NCBI GenBank assembly: GCA_964016885.1
Contig: OZ024743.1
Location: 347,882,001 to 347,946,000 of the forward strand
Reading direction: 5' to 3'
DNA: 64,000 nucleotides
Origin: Eledone cirrhosa
Lineage: Eukaryota
Positions within the stretch are counted from its first letter, which is position 1, and each line of letters opens with the position of its first letter. The notes under the pieces are model-generated. The model worked only from the letters and a program-made list of their open reading frames with translations. It was not told the origin of the DNA and ran no database searches. Shown in pieces: positions 12,336 to 27,494 of the stretch. Made by a program: the position numbers and the translations under genes.

Positions 12336-12942
12336 TACTTATATATATATATTCATGCATGTGGCATGTGTGGGTGTTTGTATTCGTCTGTATATGTATA
12401 TGTAGAGAAATGACTGTATATAATTCGATAATAGCGGTATTTATGTAAATATTTTAAGAATACATATACGATTACTGTATTTATATTCATGCATACATAC
12501 ATATATATAATAGGTATATCTGTGTTTATGTGCGTGTGTATAGGAGTGAATACTTGTGTGTCTATCTGTGTCTAAATATGTGTGTTCATAACTTTCACCA
12601 CACACTTATACACGTGGCAATATTAACAGACGTTTCTATACATCATATGGAATCATATATATATATATACACATGTATTTAATTATTAGAAATCGCACTT
12701 CGGCCTACATAGATAATTGCACAGGCTGTAGTTGATGTATGAGGTTATTTTTTTTCCTTGAATAGGTCTGGTGATTAAGAGTACAGCTATGTATCTTAAT
12801 GTCTTTACAACAGACTAAATAGAATTTAGTTTCTGGCTCAAGAATATATAAGTTTAACAAATATGTTTAATAAAATCTAGCTATACCTAATTTCCCGACA
12901 GACAAATACATTCCTACGCCCTCACTTATATATATGTGTGTG

Positions 12943-13067
<125 letters not shown>

Positions 13068-13077
13068 TGTGTTTGTG

Positions 13078-13135
<58 letters not shown>

Positions 13136-13553
13136 ATATAACAAAGCTAACAATGCAGTACATTGAAGAAATATATTAGGGTAATGTTTGATATAGAAGG
13201 AAAAGAGTCTTAACATTTTGACTAATATACACATATGCAAATATGCATATATATAAATAAGCTCTCGTTAGCCAATAACATATAAAGTCACCCCACATAA
13301 TGTTGTTAACATCTGACGACTTCAAACTGGTGCACGTACCTGTTGTCACGACTGCACAACAGTTTCATGTCGGTGTCACAGAAATACGTATAAATAGTAA
13401 ATATGATTATGTAACATCTTCCTAAACGTTTATGTCATATACTCACACACAGAGACGCACACGCATACACGCACACAGACACACGAACACCTACACACAC
13501 ATACACACACACACACGCATACATACATACACACACACACGCACACACACACA

Positions 13554-13653
<100 letters not shown>

Positions 13654-13767
13654 AAACAAGTGTGGTAAGGAACCGGGTGGACCATAACGCACCAGAGTAC
13701 TCGATACTTAGGGTAGTAGAGTTTGTACTAGGAAAATAGCTCAGCCGTCGAGGTCTTGACTCTTTCA
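13654..13767 (-). mobile_element. Family D-related tail fragment in (TA)n
   Basis: ggaccataacgcaccagagtactcgatacttagggtagtagag shared with the family D copies. Confidence 0.7.
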
Positions 13768-13799
13768 TATATATATATACATATATATGGCTTAGGTGA

Positions 13800-14060
13800 A
13801 GGCGCATGGCTTAGTGGTTAGTGGTTAGAGCAATTGGAAGGTTGTGAGTTCAAATCTCGGACCGGGTGATGTCTTGTTTCCTTGAGCAAGACACTTTATT
13901 TCACGTTGCTCCAGTTTACTCAGCTGTAGAAATGAGTAGCAGCCTGCCCGCCCAGCCAGTGAAATGGCGTTATATTATGGCTAAAACAGCACGATGTGTT
14001 GTGATCAGCGGCGCCGATTGGCGCCCGACAGACTGGTCGGTCAAGATGATCAAGGTGATA
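13800..14060 (+). mobile_element. tRNA-SINE family 2
   Basis: A box TGGCTTAGTGG, B box GAGTTCAAATCT, core ccttgagcaagacactt; weaker relative near 14650-14770. 3' end approximate. Confidence 0.65.
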
Positions 14061-15027
14061 TATGACTATAAAACATGACATAAAAAATTGCAAGGAAATT
14101 TCATATAGAAAATTGTCTAAAGACTACTACAAAACGAGAGATAATATAGCTTAGTATAGAAAGAGAGATTTGAGGTTATTTACAAAAGATCATATGATTA
14201 GGCTAAAACAAAAAACAGTGCAGGCGTATATGAAACGAAAATGTCTTTCTAGTAGAATAACAGTGTGTTTCGATTAAGACAAGACAAAATACTTCACAAT
14301 GGAAATTCTGCAAGTAAGTAACGCCAGGAAGTGAAATATTATTACTGGCTTTCACCCTTAGCAGGGATAAGAGGGGTAAAAAATGAGAGAGGATTTGCCT
14401 AGTTCAAAACCAGAGAGTGTAAGGAAATTAGAAGAGACAGTTGTTGCGCATATATCAGAAAGCAGAGAAGGAAGGGGAGAAAGAGAAATAAGAAAGAGTG
14501 AAAAATAGGCGAGAATGAAAGGGATAGGGGGAGAAAATGTAGAGAGCATCGTTAACACGGTAAATGACTTGATTAGCGTTACATGTAAAGTAAATGTTTT
14601 CTAAGTTGCACATGGTGTAAAACATGGACGACTTGTGGGTTGTTTGTTATAGTGATAGACAGGCAATGATAAGTCCATGAATTTGATTCCTTGACAGGGT
14701 TTCGTGTTGTGTCTTTGAACAAGAAACTTTATTTGACATTGCACCAGCCTACTCACTTGGAAAAAAATAGTTGTGATGACGCTCTGTGCCAATTTACATT
14801 GGCTTTTGGTTGATATAAGTGGCGTGGAGAGGAGATACATACATGAAGGTGCGATTGCTGGTCTTCCATAAAATGCTCTGCTCAGACAAACACCTTCGAT
14901 TAAGAAAAATTCCCAGTGCAAACCCATTGTTAATCATAGGTGATGGGACACTTAACAGGGAGAGAAACATATATATAAGAGACGCCAGCACTCTGTATCG
15001 GTTGGAAGAGTTTTAATGTTATCAAAT

Positions 15028-15208
15028 ATAATTGTTTCTACTTTCGGCACAAGGCCAGCAATTACACAGTACATTACTGGTACTTTATTTTTATCGACCC
15101 CGTAAGGATGAAAGGCAAAGTTAACCTCGGCGGGATTTGAACTCAGACTGTAAAGGAACGTAACTATGCTAGAAAATATGGCGTCCAACCCTCTACCGAT
15201 ACTGCCAA
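15028..15208 (-). mobile_element. tRNA-SINE family 1 with 18-bp TSD
   Basis: aatgttatcaaatataat at 15015-15032 and 15207-15224. Confidence 0.88.
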
Positions 15209-16597
15209 TGTTATCAAATATAATGGAAACTACTCGGTGTCTATATTACAAACTGCATCATGTGGTAAAAATTACCACTTTCATCGAACATGTAACCAAA
15301 TTCTTTCTTCGATCTTAACAATCTATTAAACATCACTTTATATTCTTTAACTATATGGCTACCATTTTTCACATACCACCCCACGTTAATCACACACACA
15401 CACAGTCTTTCTCTTTCTCTCACTCCCCCTTCCACCCCTTCTCTCTCTCTCTCTCTCTATGTATACATATATATATATATAAATGCAGCAATATCAACAT
15501 TGCCACCAACACCATCCATCCACCCACTGCTGCTATCATTTGCTAACCGATTAGTAGTTAATGCCTCACTTGATATACCATCACCGATATGAACATTTAG
15601 TAGTAAGGTCGATTTTCGGAAATCTCTCTCATGTCTGCTGGCGGATGATAATTCCCTTGTCTGGTTTTACTGAATCATTTGAAACGAGAAATTAGGAGAG
15701 ACGCATCTAGATATTATCATACGTTTTGGCTGCCTTTTTTCTGGGCTAGCCGATATTCGTCTTAGACATGGGGATTATAAAGGGAACCACGTAATTTGCA
15801 AGAACTACAGCCAGAATGTTTTGTGGTATTCTTCACGACTCCCCTCGCCCTTATATCCAATCAGGTCGATTTCAACCTTTCGATTTCATCTTTTCCAGAT
15901 CGGTAGACGAAATACTAATCAATTATTTAGCTCACATTTTCTTTGTTACGCTTTTCCCCTCACATGAATGTACTTAAATTTCTTTCTTTCACACTCTCTC
16001 TAATTATTTCTCTCTATATATATCTTTCCTTTTCTCTTTCCTTCATTCCAGCTTTGATCAGACCCTCAATATGATTGGCTACGCCCGGTCCAAGATCTCC
16101 TAGATTCGCGCAATGATTTTCCATTACGCCAATACCTCCACGATACAATCAGTAGTTAACATTCCATAGCAAAGTAAAATAAGACTAGGTTTATAGCGAT
16201 TGTTGAGAAAGGCCATGTAGGATAACTTACTGTACTTCATGACTTACACAACTTAATATCCTATCAATATTGTCGATAGTCAAAGCCCATTGCAGTCACC
16301 ACATTAAGAACCACAATCTAAATAGGAAGAACTGGTTAAAGTTTCTTGTTAAAGTGCATGAAGACCATAAACTTCAATTTCCTATAATTTTGTTGTCTAC
16401 GTAAACGATTATCACTCAAGAAGAAAAAAAATAAGAAAGTGCAACACGATCAGCCATAAACTAGTGTGATTTTGAAATGATTCGTGGAAAAAATGACATT
16501 GTAGAAGTATGGGAAAAAGTAGGGAAATATGTAATATATATATATATATACTTATATATATATATGTATATATATATGTGTGTGTACGTGCATATAT

Positions 16598-16672
<75 letters not shown>

Positions 16673-17271
16673 TATAATAAAACAAAGCAAAAGTATAGTT
16701 AGTGAGGGAGGTGAGTGCCAGAAGGCGAAATAATGCAAATTGAACCGGTGCTAACTATAAGATATCACACTGCGAAGTAAATGATAAAAGATGAATGTAA
16801 GTATTAGAAAGAATATTAACAAGAAATCAAAAAAATTGATATGAAAAAATATATATTTGTACGTGTCTATGTGTGTCAATATGTTCTCATATATAGGTAT
16901 ATATATATATATATATAAATATGTGTGTGTGTGTGTGCGTTTGTGTGTGTGTGAGTGTGTTTGAGTATGTGCGTGTGTGCGTGTGTGTATGCATGTATGT
17001 ATACATAAGTTTATTGCTTATTGTAGCGTATATATAGCTGTGTATCAAAGTATGACACACGCATGGGAACAAAACAAAAAAACTCTATGTAGGCCACGAA
17101 GGGACAGAGCATACTACTACTACTACCACTACTACTACTACTACTACTACTAATAATAATAATAATAATAATAATACTAATACTACGTTATAATAATAAT
17201 AATTGTTTCTACTGTTGGCACAAGACCAGCAATTATCCCAGTGCATTACTTGTGGTTTATTTAATAATGAT

Positions 17272-17455
17272 AATAATTGTTTCTACTTTAGGCACAAGGC
17301 CAGCAATTACCAGTGCATTACTGGTACTTTATTTTATCGACCCCGTAAGGATGAAAGGCAAAGTCAACCTCGGCGGGATTTGAACTCAGATGGTAAAGGG
17401 ACGTAACTACGCTGGAAAGCATGGCGTCCGACCCTCTACCGATACTGCCAATCCA
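17272..17455 (-). mobile_element. tRNA-SINE family 1 (plus 3' fragment at ~17200-17250)
   Basis: High similarity to the other copies. Confidence 0.85.
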
Positions 17456-17736
17456 AATGATAATAATGAGTATGAATAGGAGGATTCAAGAAAAATCCAT
17501 GACAATATTAGTACATTTTATTATATATATGTGTGTGTGCGGATGCATGTGTCTATGTGTGTTTGAAGCGCATATACTCACACACGCTTATACTCTCCCT
17601 CTTTCTCTCCTATATATTGGGTCATCAAGTATGACATTTGTAGAAATTTGTTCTTTTTTCTACAAATTTCTATAAATTTCATACTTCATGACCCAATATA
17701 TATGTTTACATCCTCAATTTTAACCAAAGCACGACG

Positions 17737-17767
<31 letters not shown>

Positions 17768-19299
17768 ATATATAGATGTTTATAATGTATATGTTGTTGT
17801 GCTTTGGTTAGAATTGAGGATGTAAACATTCAGGTGCAAGTAAATTAGAAAACTGGTTTGAATAAACGAGTATAGTAGAGATGTGCAATGGCGTCATGGT
17901 CAGATGTCGTCAGCAGACTTTAGGTAATTTGAGTGCAGTGGCAGCAGAGAAAGAAAACAACGAGCGAAATGAGATAGAAAAATATGGGAAACAAGGTGTG
18001 GAGAGTTTGGAAATTGTAGCATTGTATGCAGTCTGACTCCACCATACTGCTCTGGAATTCTGATAATCCTCTTCTCAAAGGTAACTGAGTTGAAAGTGAT
18101 CATCAGGCTTGGTGTGATTTGTCCTCAATGCCCTTAGTTTATAAAAAAAGAAAAAAATACAATACGTCTGTATTGAATCCATAGTAGTGTTTTTCAATTT
18201 GCGTGTCGTGACCATCTCGAGAAATCCTCTAGATATCTCATGAAATTAGTCAAAACGTATTAATGTTTATAAATGTGGGCATCAAGGGTGATTGTACACG
18301 TGGCAGTTCATACACTGTACGATATGTAATTGGATGTCAGACTCATCAGTGCAATATTTAATTACAACCCTTTACTATCCGATATAAAATCTGGACGACA
18401 TGATGAAGTACTTGGTTTATTTAATCGATTTTCACCTCACCCTATCATTGCTGGTGTAGCGCAAGTGAAAAAAGGAGGAATTATTTCCAAGCCAGTTATT
18501 TCTTTTCTCGGATAGCATCTTTGACCTCTTTTTTGAAACAGGATTTCCTATGCTCTCCTTCGTCACACAAAAAACATTTATTATTTTTGATTATTTGTGT
18601 TGTTAAATTAACCCATATATTGAAATTTTATATTTTAATAGTTGTGTTGCTAATAAATGTTGGAAAATATGTATTCTATATTTGCCGATTATCGCCAGGT
18701 TTAACAAGGTAACTCTGAAGTTGTCATGCACTGAGCTAAAACAAAATTAATTACTAGCAAAATAATAATTTACAACACAGGTAAAATCTCACATGTTTTC
18801 AAACCGCTAACTACTGGACATATATAGAAAAAAACACTCACACAAATGTAACTATACCCACCCCCTGAATATATATATATATATCGAGTTTCACAGGCTT
18901 CGCGCACCCTGAATAATCAGAGTCTGATTTTCTACCTTGGGTCCAATTTCCCCTATGGACTCAAATCCCCGCCCCAATTTCTTTAAGATTACACAGAGGT
19001 GCTCGTGCTTACTTCTATACACCTTGCCACCTTCACATTTTCCCCGACACTTGTTACACATGCGAGCGTATATTTACCCACTAGTTACCTATGGCTATGT
19101 TATGGTGTGAAAAAAAAGAAAAACGTACACACACGTGTGCACGCGCACACGTACATATATAAAATGTTTTTTTTTTTCCCAGACACATTGCAAATAGCAG
19201 GTGTGGGAGAGTACTTTTTATTACAAAGTCGACGAATGGTCAGTCTGAACATTTTAATTTGGATTCCAGTTTAAGCCCAAATTCCTCCTATTTCTTGAC

Positions 19300-20030
19300 C
19301 TTGGGTACCTTTATTTTCCATGCCTTTAATGTATCATTTTGTTGGCTATCTTGAGATTAGTTATTCTCCAGTTGTATATAATTAGATCGCGATCAGTTGA
19401 CAGCTCAGTCCCTCTCTTAATATGGTCATCCAGAACAGAATCGAAGAGATCAGAGACAATAAAAAAATCTGTGCTGGAAGAAGATGTTCATAATAGACAT
19501 ATCACAGAGTTCATTGTTAGAACAGAAGACTGATATGGCCCCTCCATTCGTATTTAGATCGAGGTCACCCTTTCAGTTCACTCCTTTCCAAGTTGGTGGT
19601 CAATGCAAACATACCCATTAAAGTCTACCATCGAGCTATATGACTCAATCTTAATTTCATCTAACGTTGCAGGGACTTAATCGGATTAGTTGTTTGGTGC
19701 ATAAAGATGCACCCCCCCCCCCCCACAGAGACCTATGTCTCAACCTAAGCTTCAAAAGTCAAATCCACCCTCCTAATGGGATCCAGACCACAACACATTC
19801 CGACAGCCAGAGGCTTGTGAATGAACCCACTCCCGCCTGTGAACTCAATTCTGGCGCCACACCAAAATAGTGGAGTTTCTATCCTCCATTAAAATCGACA
19901 GTATCAAAGCCTCGGAAATTTGTTGAGGAATCCCCGACTATATCTAGCCGGTAGCCTCAAGCCTCCTCCACTAGCTCCAGCTACTTGCCTTTAAGGGTTG
20001 TGATGTTCCAGATTCCAATTGTTAAGTGTT
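19300..20030 (-). pseudogene. Decayed RTE-clade LINE, AP-endonuclease region
   Basis: Minus-strand pieces IGIWNITTLKGK*LELVEEA*GYRLDIVG, VDFNGYV, FCSNNE..SIMNIFFQH, VLDDHIKRGTELSTD, with stops and frameshifts. Ends approximate. Confidence 0.7.
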
Positions 20031-20139
20031 GCTCCCTTCCGCACATCCTTTGGGGTCTCGGGATACGCAATATTTGTGCGTCGATCGCGCGCTTCAAAAG
20101 GTCGTACTCCCATTACGAGTTTTTGTAGCACGAAATAGA

Positions 20140-23100
20140 GACTTTAATATAATAATAGCATCTTCCCCTATGTGTCGGCCACAGGGGCTGACATATAGGA
20201 CACGATACACTAGACAGGGACAGTGGGGGTTTAAGTATAAAACATGTAAAAATATAAATAACAAAAACAAAATGAGAAGAAAAATACAACAATGAAACAT
20301 TGTCCAATATGGTTGGCTCAGGTACCCCCACCAATCTTGATCCACCCGACTCTTTGAGAGCACCCAGGAAAGGCACACCTCTTCTGCTCAAATTCAACCA
20401 CCTACAGGCGCATGATCAGAGTAGGCCCACTCACACGCACAATTCTCGCCACATTCACCCACCTTTCAGCAAATGTAACGGGGGTCAGCACTTCTCTCCC
20501 CAGCCTCACCTTCCTTTCCAAGTGAAACTTGAAAAAGTTAATGAGGGATTGGCCGAAGAGAAAAGTGTCTGTCTTCAGTCCTTTCAATTTGATCCACCAT
20601 ACAATCTCTTTCGCTACTGCCACCAGACAGAGGAAAATTAACTGCCCGTCCTGACCAAAAGAAGGCGGCGGGTCGATCTGCACTATGGACGCGGCCGACA
20701 ACAGGATCCGTTCTACACACGACAACAGCTGTTCGACATAGCTCCACAAGTAAGTAATGCACGGACACTGGACAAGTGCGCGCAGAACGGTTTCGTCGCT
20801 CTGGAGGTATCTCGGGTAGGTGCGGCTGACAGGACTTCCGTCCATATAGAGCTTATCTCGAACCGGTAGTGCCCCCCCCCCCGGTAGCACTGTTAAGCGA
20901 TGGATATTTGGAAGTTATCCATCGTCACGGGCTCGAGAGTCCTCCGTTTCAGACTGGTCAGTTCGACTTCGTCGACGCCCAGATCTTCTCCGAGTGCGTC
21001 ATCGCACTTGCCCACCATTATTCCTCTATAGAATTCGAGAGTGGAAGTTCCACTGACTGTATTGCTAGCCTGGTAGATGGCATGAGTTCCTGGCAACATC
21101 CCAGTCTTGGTCTATTCTTGACACAGGGCTGCAGTTCTGTCAAAGAGACGAGCTGCGGAAAGGCCCGTCTGACAAACGGTGACTACACATGTTCACCGCT
21201 TAGGCAGAGTATATGGAGATGCCGCATCCCCGGCGCATCATTGGCCACGGCATTCCCAGTCCTCCGCGTAAAGAATGCAGGCAGCAGACTGACAACTGCA
21301 TGAACGGAACCCCTCCCCTCCACAACAATTTGAAGAGGAGTCGTACAAACTTGGTGAGGCACGGACGGGGCAAGGCATGACGGTCAGTCATTCGCCACCT
21401 CCGCTCGACCAGTGATAGCTTCATCGCAGCCCATTTCTTTGTGATTTGGCTACCCTGCCCATCACCTTGCCCCAATTCTTATCCACCTGGAGGTCTGGGC
21501 CGAACCAAGCCCCGAACAACTTTACTGCTCCGTCCCTTCAGCGCCCAACGAAGCTGTTGGAAGGCATGGACTTGCTCTTCAGGTGCCGAGTTGCAAGCTC
21601 ACCAACTTTTCCGGGTTATGTTTCGCTCCCGTCAACCTTACATATTCCTCCAATAGGATGCCGAGCACGTCGATTTCCAAGGTGTCCGACACCATTGCGG
21701 TGATGTCGTCCGCATAAGCCGACACAGCCTTTCCGCATCCCGGTTCGAGTGGGATACCCTGGAACAGCTCTAGCTCTCGCAATAATGTCTCGAGAATTTA
21801 CAGAAGGGAGAATGTACAGAAGGGAGAATGTACAGAAGGGAGGAGACAGTGCACCCCTACAGACAGATTGGGAGATCTTAAACGGTTCCGAAAGGTGGCC
21901 ACTAACTTTGACAACCGAGCAGATGCCGCTGTGCATTGCAGCGATACAGCTTCTGAAGAGGGGGCCGAAACCAGCTGCCTTGAAACAGCCCCCAGGTACC
22001 AATGGTCGACCCAATCGAATATGTTCGTTTGATTTCAATTTCTATGGATCAAAATATAAAGCCAACAAGGGCATCCTGAATTTCGGCTGAAGTTATCGGC
22101 CTTTCGCAGCGCTCAGCGTCGGCCGTTTTGAGGCGCGGCAAGTCATCGTGGTAGGAACTAAAATCCGCTACCGTCTCTGACCCGCCACTGCACCCGACCA
22201 ATCGAGTAAAGTGCTGGCGAAAGGTCATACATACACATCCGCCTAGAATCGCTCAGCTCGTGTCAGTCTCGGTACGTCAAAGACCAAGTTGTAGTTTTAT
22301 TACCAGGATGCGCCTCTACCACGCGGGCTCATCGAACAGCTTTGGTTCTCTCATTTCTGAGAGCATGCACCTTAGCTCTGTCAATATAACCTTCGTGTTT
22401 CGCATTGCAGAAATGGTCTAATCCCATTTTGGCTGCTAGCATATCAGTTGCAATGCCACTACAAATAGCCTCGTCTAACTTATCTACAAGCTCCCTCTCC
22501 ATTCTATTTTTCTCTAACACTACTTCTTTTCTAAACCCTATCGACATTACTCTAATCTCTCTTTTGAGATTCCTCCACCATCTGTTGTTGACGACCCCAT
22601 GGAAGAAGTGTCATGGGTGTAGTGAATTCACAAGCGGTCCCCAAAAAACCCGCATGTGAATCCCGAACGAGGGGAAAAAACTTCATGTTTGCCGCAGATT
22701 CTCCACAGACGCAGGGACAGAAACGACCCAAAGCCGCCGGTTACCGGAACAAACACCTCTTGGATTTTCACCAGAGTCCCTTTTGCCGGGTTGCGGCCCT
22801 AATACCGCTGAGTGCCAGACCAATCCGCCTTGGGTGGCCCTACCAGGAACCGAAGTTCCCGACGACACGCCTCTGACACTACCCGTTGCCACCGCCCTGT
22901 CACGTTGAGGAGGGGTTGGACTGTAGATCGGGAAGCCCTATGGCGTATAATGCAGGCTTCCCTGTGAAGACGGCATCCCAGTGAAGCTGTTTCGTCTCAT
23001 ACAAGGCTACTACCAGTCGACTCGGTCCCGAGTGAGGGTCTATGGGGGGAGACGGAGCCAGTCAATGTTGGGACCGGTGTTCGGCAGGGGTGTGCGCTAT

Positions 23101-24168
23101 CGCCAACTCTCTTTAACTACGCCATTGACTACAATCTCAACACAGCGCTCCGGGATTACCCGGACGTAGAGGTCGGGATAGAGGTTGTGGTGACGGACCT
23201 GGCCTACGCGGAAGACATCGTGCTGTTGGGCGCTAACGGGACATATGTACACGGTGCTCTCGAAAGGATACATACTGCAGCCACCGCTGTTGGTCTACGA
23301 ATCAATGCCGCAAAGTCGTAGGTAATGACGTCACTGGTCTCGCCTGGTGCCTGGCAGCCATTATCTCTCGAGGGCGTGGACATGGAGGATGTGGAGTCCT
23401 TCGTTTATCTGGGCTCAACAGCGGTTCCAACGAGACACGGCGCAGCTGATGTCAAGCGTCGCATATGTGCTACCAGATCCGCCTTTGGGCACCGCCAGCG
23501 GTGTCTGTGGGACAGAAGAGAGATCACCTCAGCGACCAAAGGGCGAATCTACCAGGCCTTCGTTCGCACTATTCTCATCCATGGCTGTGAAACATGGCCT
23601 ATGAGGGTAGTCGATCAACGAGGGCTGGAGGTCTTCGACAACGACTATCTGCGCCGCATTCTTCGCTGCCGACGCGTTGATCGGGTAGCTGCCGCCAGTC
23701 TTTGTCTTCGCCTGAATCTTCGAACCCTTCCTTCAGCGCTTCTGCAACGGCGCTTGAGATGGTTTGGTCACGCAGCCCGGCGCCCTGAGGGTGAGCTGAT
23801 CGGCGATGTTCTCCTCCTACCTCCACTCCCTAACTCGCGCATGCGCGTTGGTGCGCAGCTGAAGACCTGGGCAACGACGATCAAAAAGGACCTCTCCGGA
23901 CTCTCAGGTCCGCAGGTGGTCGGCCTGCACCTATAGAACCGTGACTGGCTCGCTATCGCCAGTGACCTAGCCCGGGACTGTCGTGCGTGGGCTGCCATGG
24001 TTCGGGATGCCCTCAGGACAAGGTAAGAAGCCGGCTCAACCCGTCCAGGGTGAATCTCGACACAAGTAAAATTAAGTAAGTTGAAGACACCCCTGTCAAC
24101 TTTTGCTTAACTAAATTGTTGACCCGGTCCCTCTAAGCTTTATGTGCCAGAAACGACATGTTGATCTT
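20140..24168 (-). mobile_element. Decayed L1/Tx1-clade LINE copy 1 (ORF2 + 3' UTR), interrupted by an RTE insertion
   Basis: VSAYADDIT, GALSP, ALPVRDKL..ETVLRALVQCP zinc-binding relic; homologous to copy 2; resumes at 24080-24168. Confidence 0.82.
22598..24080 (+). mobile_element. Internally deleted RTE-clade LINE nested in Tx1 copy 1
   Basis: DLAYAEDIVLL, VESFVYLGS, ILIHGCETW, RRLRWFGHAARR; (AAGT)-like tail; imperfect TSD gttgacgac / gttgaagac. Confidence 0.82.
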
Positions 24169-24589
24169 CTAATAATAATGGTTTCCTTTATTGGCCTCAA
24201 CGGCCATAATATAGTATAGGAGACAATACATTGGATGGGGACAGTGGGAGTTTTACACAAACATCGAGTAATTATTAGGAAAGCAATAACAATATTGTAA
24301 TGATAATGATAATAATAATAATAATATTAATAATAATAATAATGTTTTCTTTATTAACCACAAGGGTTTACATAAAGTAGACATTAAGGACAGTACAGGA
24401 CAATACAGGACGGTACAAATGGGCATTTCTGCGTGTAAAAAAAACAGAGGTTGAAATAAAATAACAAAGAAAAATTCCCCAATAGGGGGGAGACTTCCGA
24501 GGGACATTTGTGGAGAAAGCCCATTAAAAGACCACAGTGGCACTGACCACCAGGGCAAGTGCCCTCTCCCAGTTTTCCACCTTTAATTT

Positions 24590-27460
24590 ACAGACACATA
24601 CTCAGAGAAGGCCCATTAATTCGGGCCATACTTGCTTCTCTCACCCATCTTTCAACAAAATGCTGGGAAGAGAGCACTTCCCTCTCTACCCTGATTTTCC
24701 TTTTCAAATGAAATTTGAAAAAGTTAATCAGGGCATCACCGAAGAGGTAAGTGCTCGTCTTCAGCCCTATCGTGTCCACCATACTATCTCTTTCGCCATG
24801 GCCACCAGACAGATAAAAACTGCCTGCCCTTCCCGGCTAAAGGAAGGGGGAGGGGCAATCCTCACGATGGACTCAGCTGATAGCTGGATCCGTCCTACAC
24901 GTGACAGCAGGTGTTCGACATAAACCCACAAGTCAGCAATGCTCGGACACTGGACGAGTGCGTGCAGGACGGTTTCGTCGCCCTGCGCGCATCTCGGACA
25001 TGCCCGGCTGACGGCACCTCCATGCCTGTAGAGTTTATCCCGAACTGGCAAAGCTCCTCGGTAGCACTGCCAGGCCAGGGATTTCTGGAAGTTGTCCATA
25101 GGCCCCGGCCCGAAAGTCCTTCCGAAGAGATTGGCTAGTTGATTTTCGTCGACGCCTAGAGTTTCTCCAAGTACGTCGTCGCACTTCCCCTCCACTAATC
25201 CTCTATAGAACGCCAAGGTGGAGTTTGCACCGATCACATTGCCCGATTGGTCGAGGGCTGTGAGCCCATGAAGACATTTCAGTCTCCAAGTGCTCCCTCT
25301 CGGTCTTCGCTTGACCCAGGACTGCAGCTCCGTCAAGGAGACGAGCTGGGGAAAGACGTATCTAGCAAACGGCGACCACACCATATCACCGTCGAGGAAG
25401 AGGTGGAGATGTCGTAGCCTGAGCGCGTCTCTGCGCATCATCATCCACGGCATGCCCAGCACTCCACGTAACAGGTGTTGACAGCAGATGGACCGCCTGA
25501 CCATCGGAGCGTATCCCTTCCACAAAAAGTGAAAGAGCAAAGGCTCCAGAACAGTCAGGGTTCCAAAAGGTGACCGTTCATTCTCACCCCAGTGCAGATG
25601 CCGCTGTGCATGGCAGCGATCCAGCCTTTGAAGAGGGGCACAAAGCCAGCCGCCCTCAGGACTGCCGCCAGATAACAATGGTCGACCCTATCGAAGCTTT
25701 CGAATGATCTAAATTGTTCAAGGACTCACCCGTGCCAGATACCCAAGCTGCTCTCTCGAGGATGTATCGAATGAGGTGGAGGTTGTCGTGGATGGATCTG
25801 TCGTGAATGGCGCATGTCTGCGCCTCTCCCACCAGACCATCAACGACAAGCGTCAACCTCTTTGCTAGCACTTTGGCCATAATCTTGAACTCTGTGTTTT
25901 GCAGAGTTATGGGCCTGAAATTATCTGTTATCCCCTTTGTTCGGATCTTCTCTCAGCAGCGCCACCGCTCCTCGGCTCACAGAACTGGGAATTCTCCCGT
26001 TCTGTTGCCAGTTGCAGTTACGTCCGCCAAGTGGACTCAGAACAAGTCTGGCATCTGTACGTAAAGTTCATAGGGCAGACCATCCAAACCAGGCGATTTC
26101 CCCCTTGTGCAGCCAGTCATTGCCTCCCGTAATTTAGCGGCTGTTATCAGATTTTCGCAACACTCCGACTCAGTGCCTGAGAGCCGCGGCAGTCTCTCGA
26201 GGTAGACACTAAAGCCCATCCCCCGATCCGGCTCGCCGCTGCCCCCGAACAGCTGAGCGAAGTGTCGCTGAAAAGCTTCACACATTTGCCCGGGATCGAG
26301 TAGCATGCGCCCGTCGTGGTTCACTAAAGACCGGAGTGTGGCTTTGTTGCCACGACGCGCCTTCGCCACTAGGGCCCATTAACGGCTTTCGTCCGCTCGT
26401 GTCTGAGAGCACGCACACTAGCTCTGACAACGCAGCGTTCGTGCTTTGCATTGAAGAATTGGGCATGTACCAATTTCGCCGCAAGTACGTCGGTCGCAAT
26501 ACCTTTGCTAAGCGCCTCGTCTAATTTTGTAACTTATTCTCCCTTTCCTCTATTTTTCTCTATTACTAAAGCCTTACTAAACCTAATGGACGCTATTCTA
26601 ATCGCTCTTTTCAGAGCAAACCACCACTTTTTGTTGACGATGGCCCCCGTCAACGCCCCCTTAACTAGTTCGCTAATCCGGTCTCTGTAGGCCTTGCGCG
26701 CTGGTAATGACGCGTTTAGATTCCAGTAGCTAGGTCCTTGTCTATGAAGCCTATCTAAGTCAAACACACAGATATCGAATTTGTGTTCCGTGTAGCTGAC
26801 TACCTTGAATTGTGGACAGCTTATGCTAGACCTATCTATTTCCCTACAAAATATTCTATCTAGATGTGATCTGGATGACCCGATAGGGTTTGTCCAAGTC
26901 CACCTTGGCACATTCGGGAAATCCAATCGGTACCTCTCAGACAGTTCAAAACGCCTGAGCAGGTTGGTGAGGCTGTTGCACCCTCCTCCCCTATCCGCTA
27001 ATCCCACACAGTCCCAGCCTGCATCTAAGATCCCGTTCCAGTCGCCCACTAACACTAAAGAGCGGGACGTTCCAAGAAAGATCTCCAGACGCCAGAAGTA
27101 ATCAGGAGCCCTGCTCCTGTCGGGGCATAGACGGCCACCTGCCTGAAAGCTTGCCCCTCCCCGCTGGTCACGTCCAGCACCACCAACTTACCTTCTGGGT
27201 CCAGGAAGATGGCCCGTATGGCGAGATCCAAACCTCTCCGCAAAAGCACAGCAACTCCTCCCCCGATCCAGGACGGCTGGGAGATGCGTACACATCGTTG
27301 CTTCCGAAGATCGGAGCGAAGGCCCGTTTTTCGGAGATTCTATCTCGCTGATGGCCAACACATCTATGTTTAGTGACCTGAGGTCGTTGAGCAGGTCGCC
27401 CTGCTTTCATTACAACCCCAAGCCACGCGCATATATGCAGCCTATTCTGAGTGAGATCAT
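24590..27460 (-). pseudogene. Tx1-like ORF2 (APE-RT-zinc finger), frameshifted, RT core partly deleted
   Basis: LVGDWN, SHLDRIF, KSPGLDGLPYE, AKVLAKRL, SIHDNL, CPRCAQGDETVLHALVQC. Confidence 0.82.
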
Positions 27461-27494
27461 GTTGAAAAGGAGTGGAAAAAATGGGAAAGACCAC

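Noticed and set aside
15241-15435. Possible host exon (GWYVKNGSHIVKEY...)
   Set aside because: No recognisable domain or clear acceptor site; needs RNA-seq.
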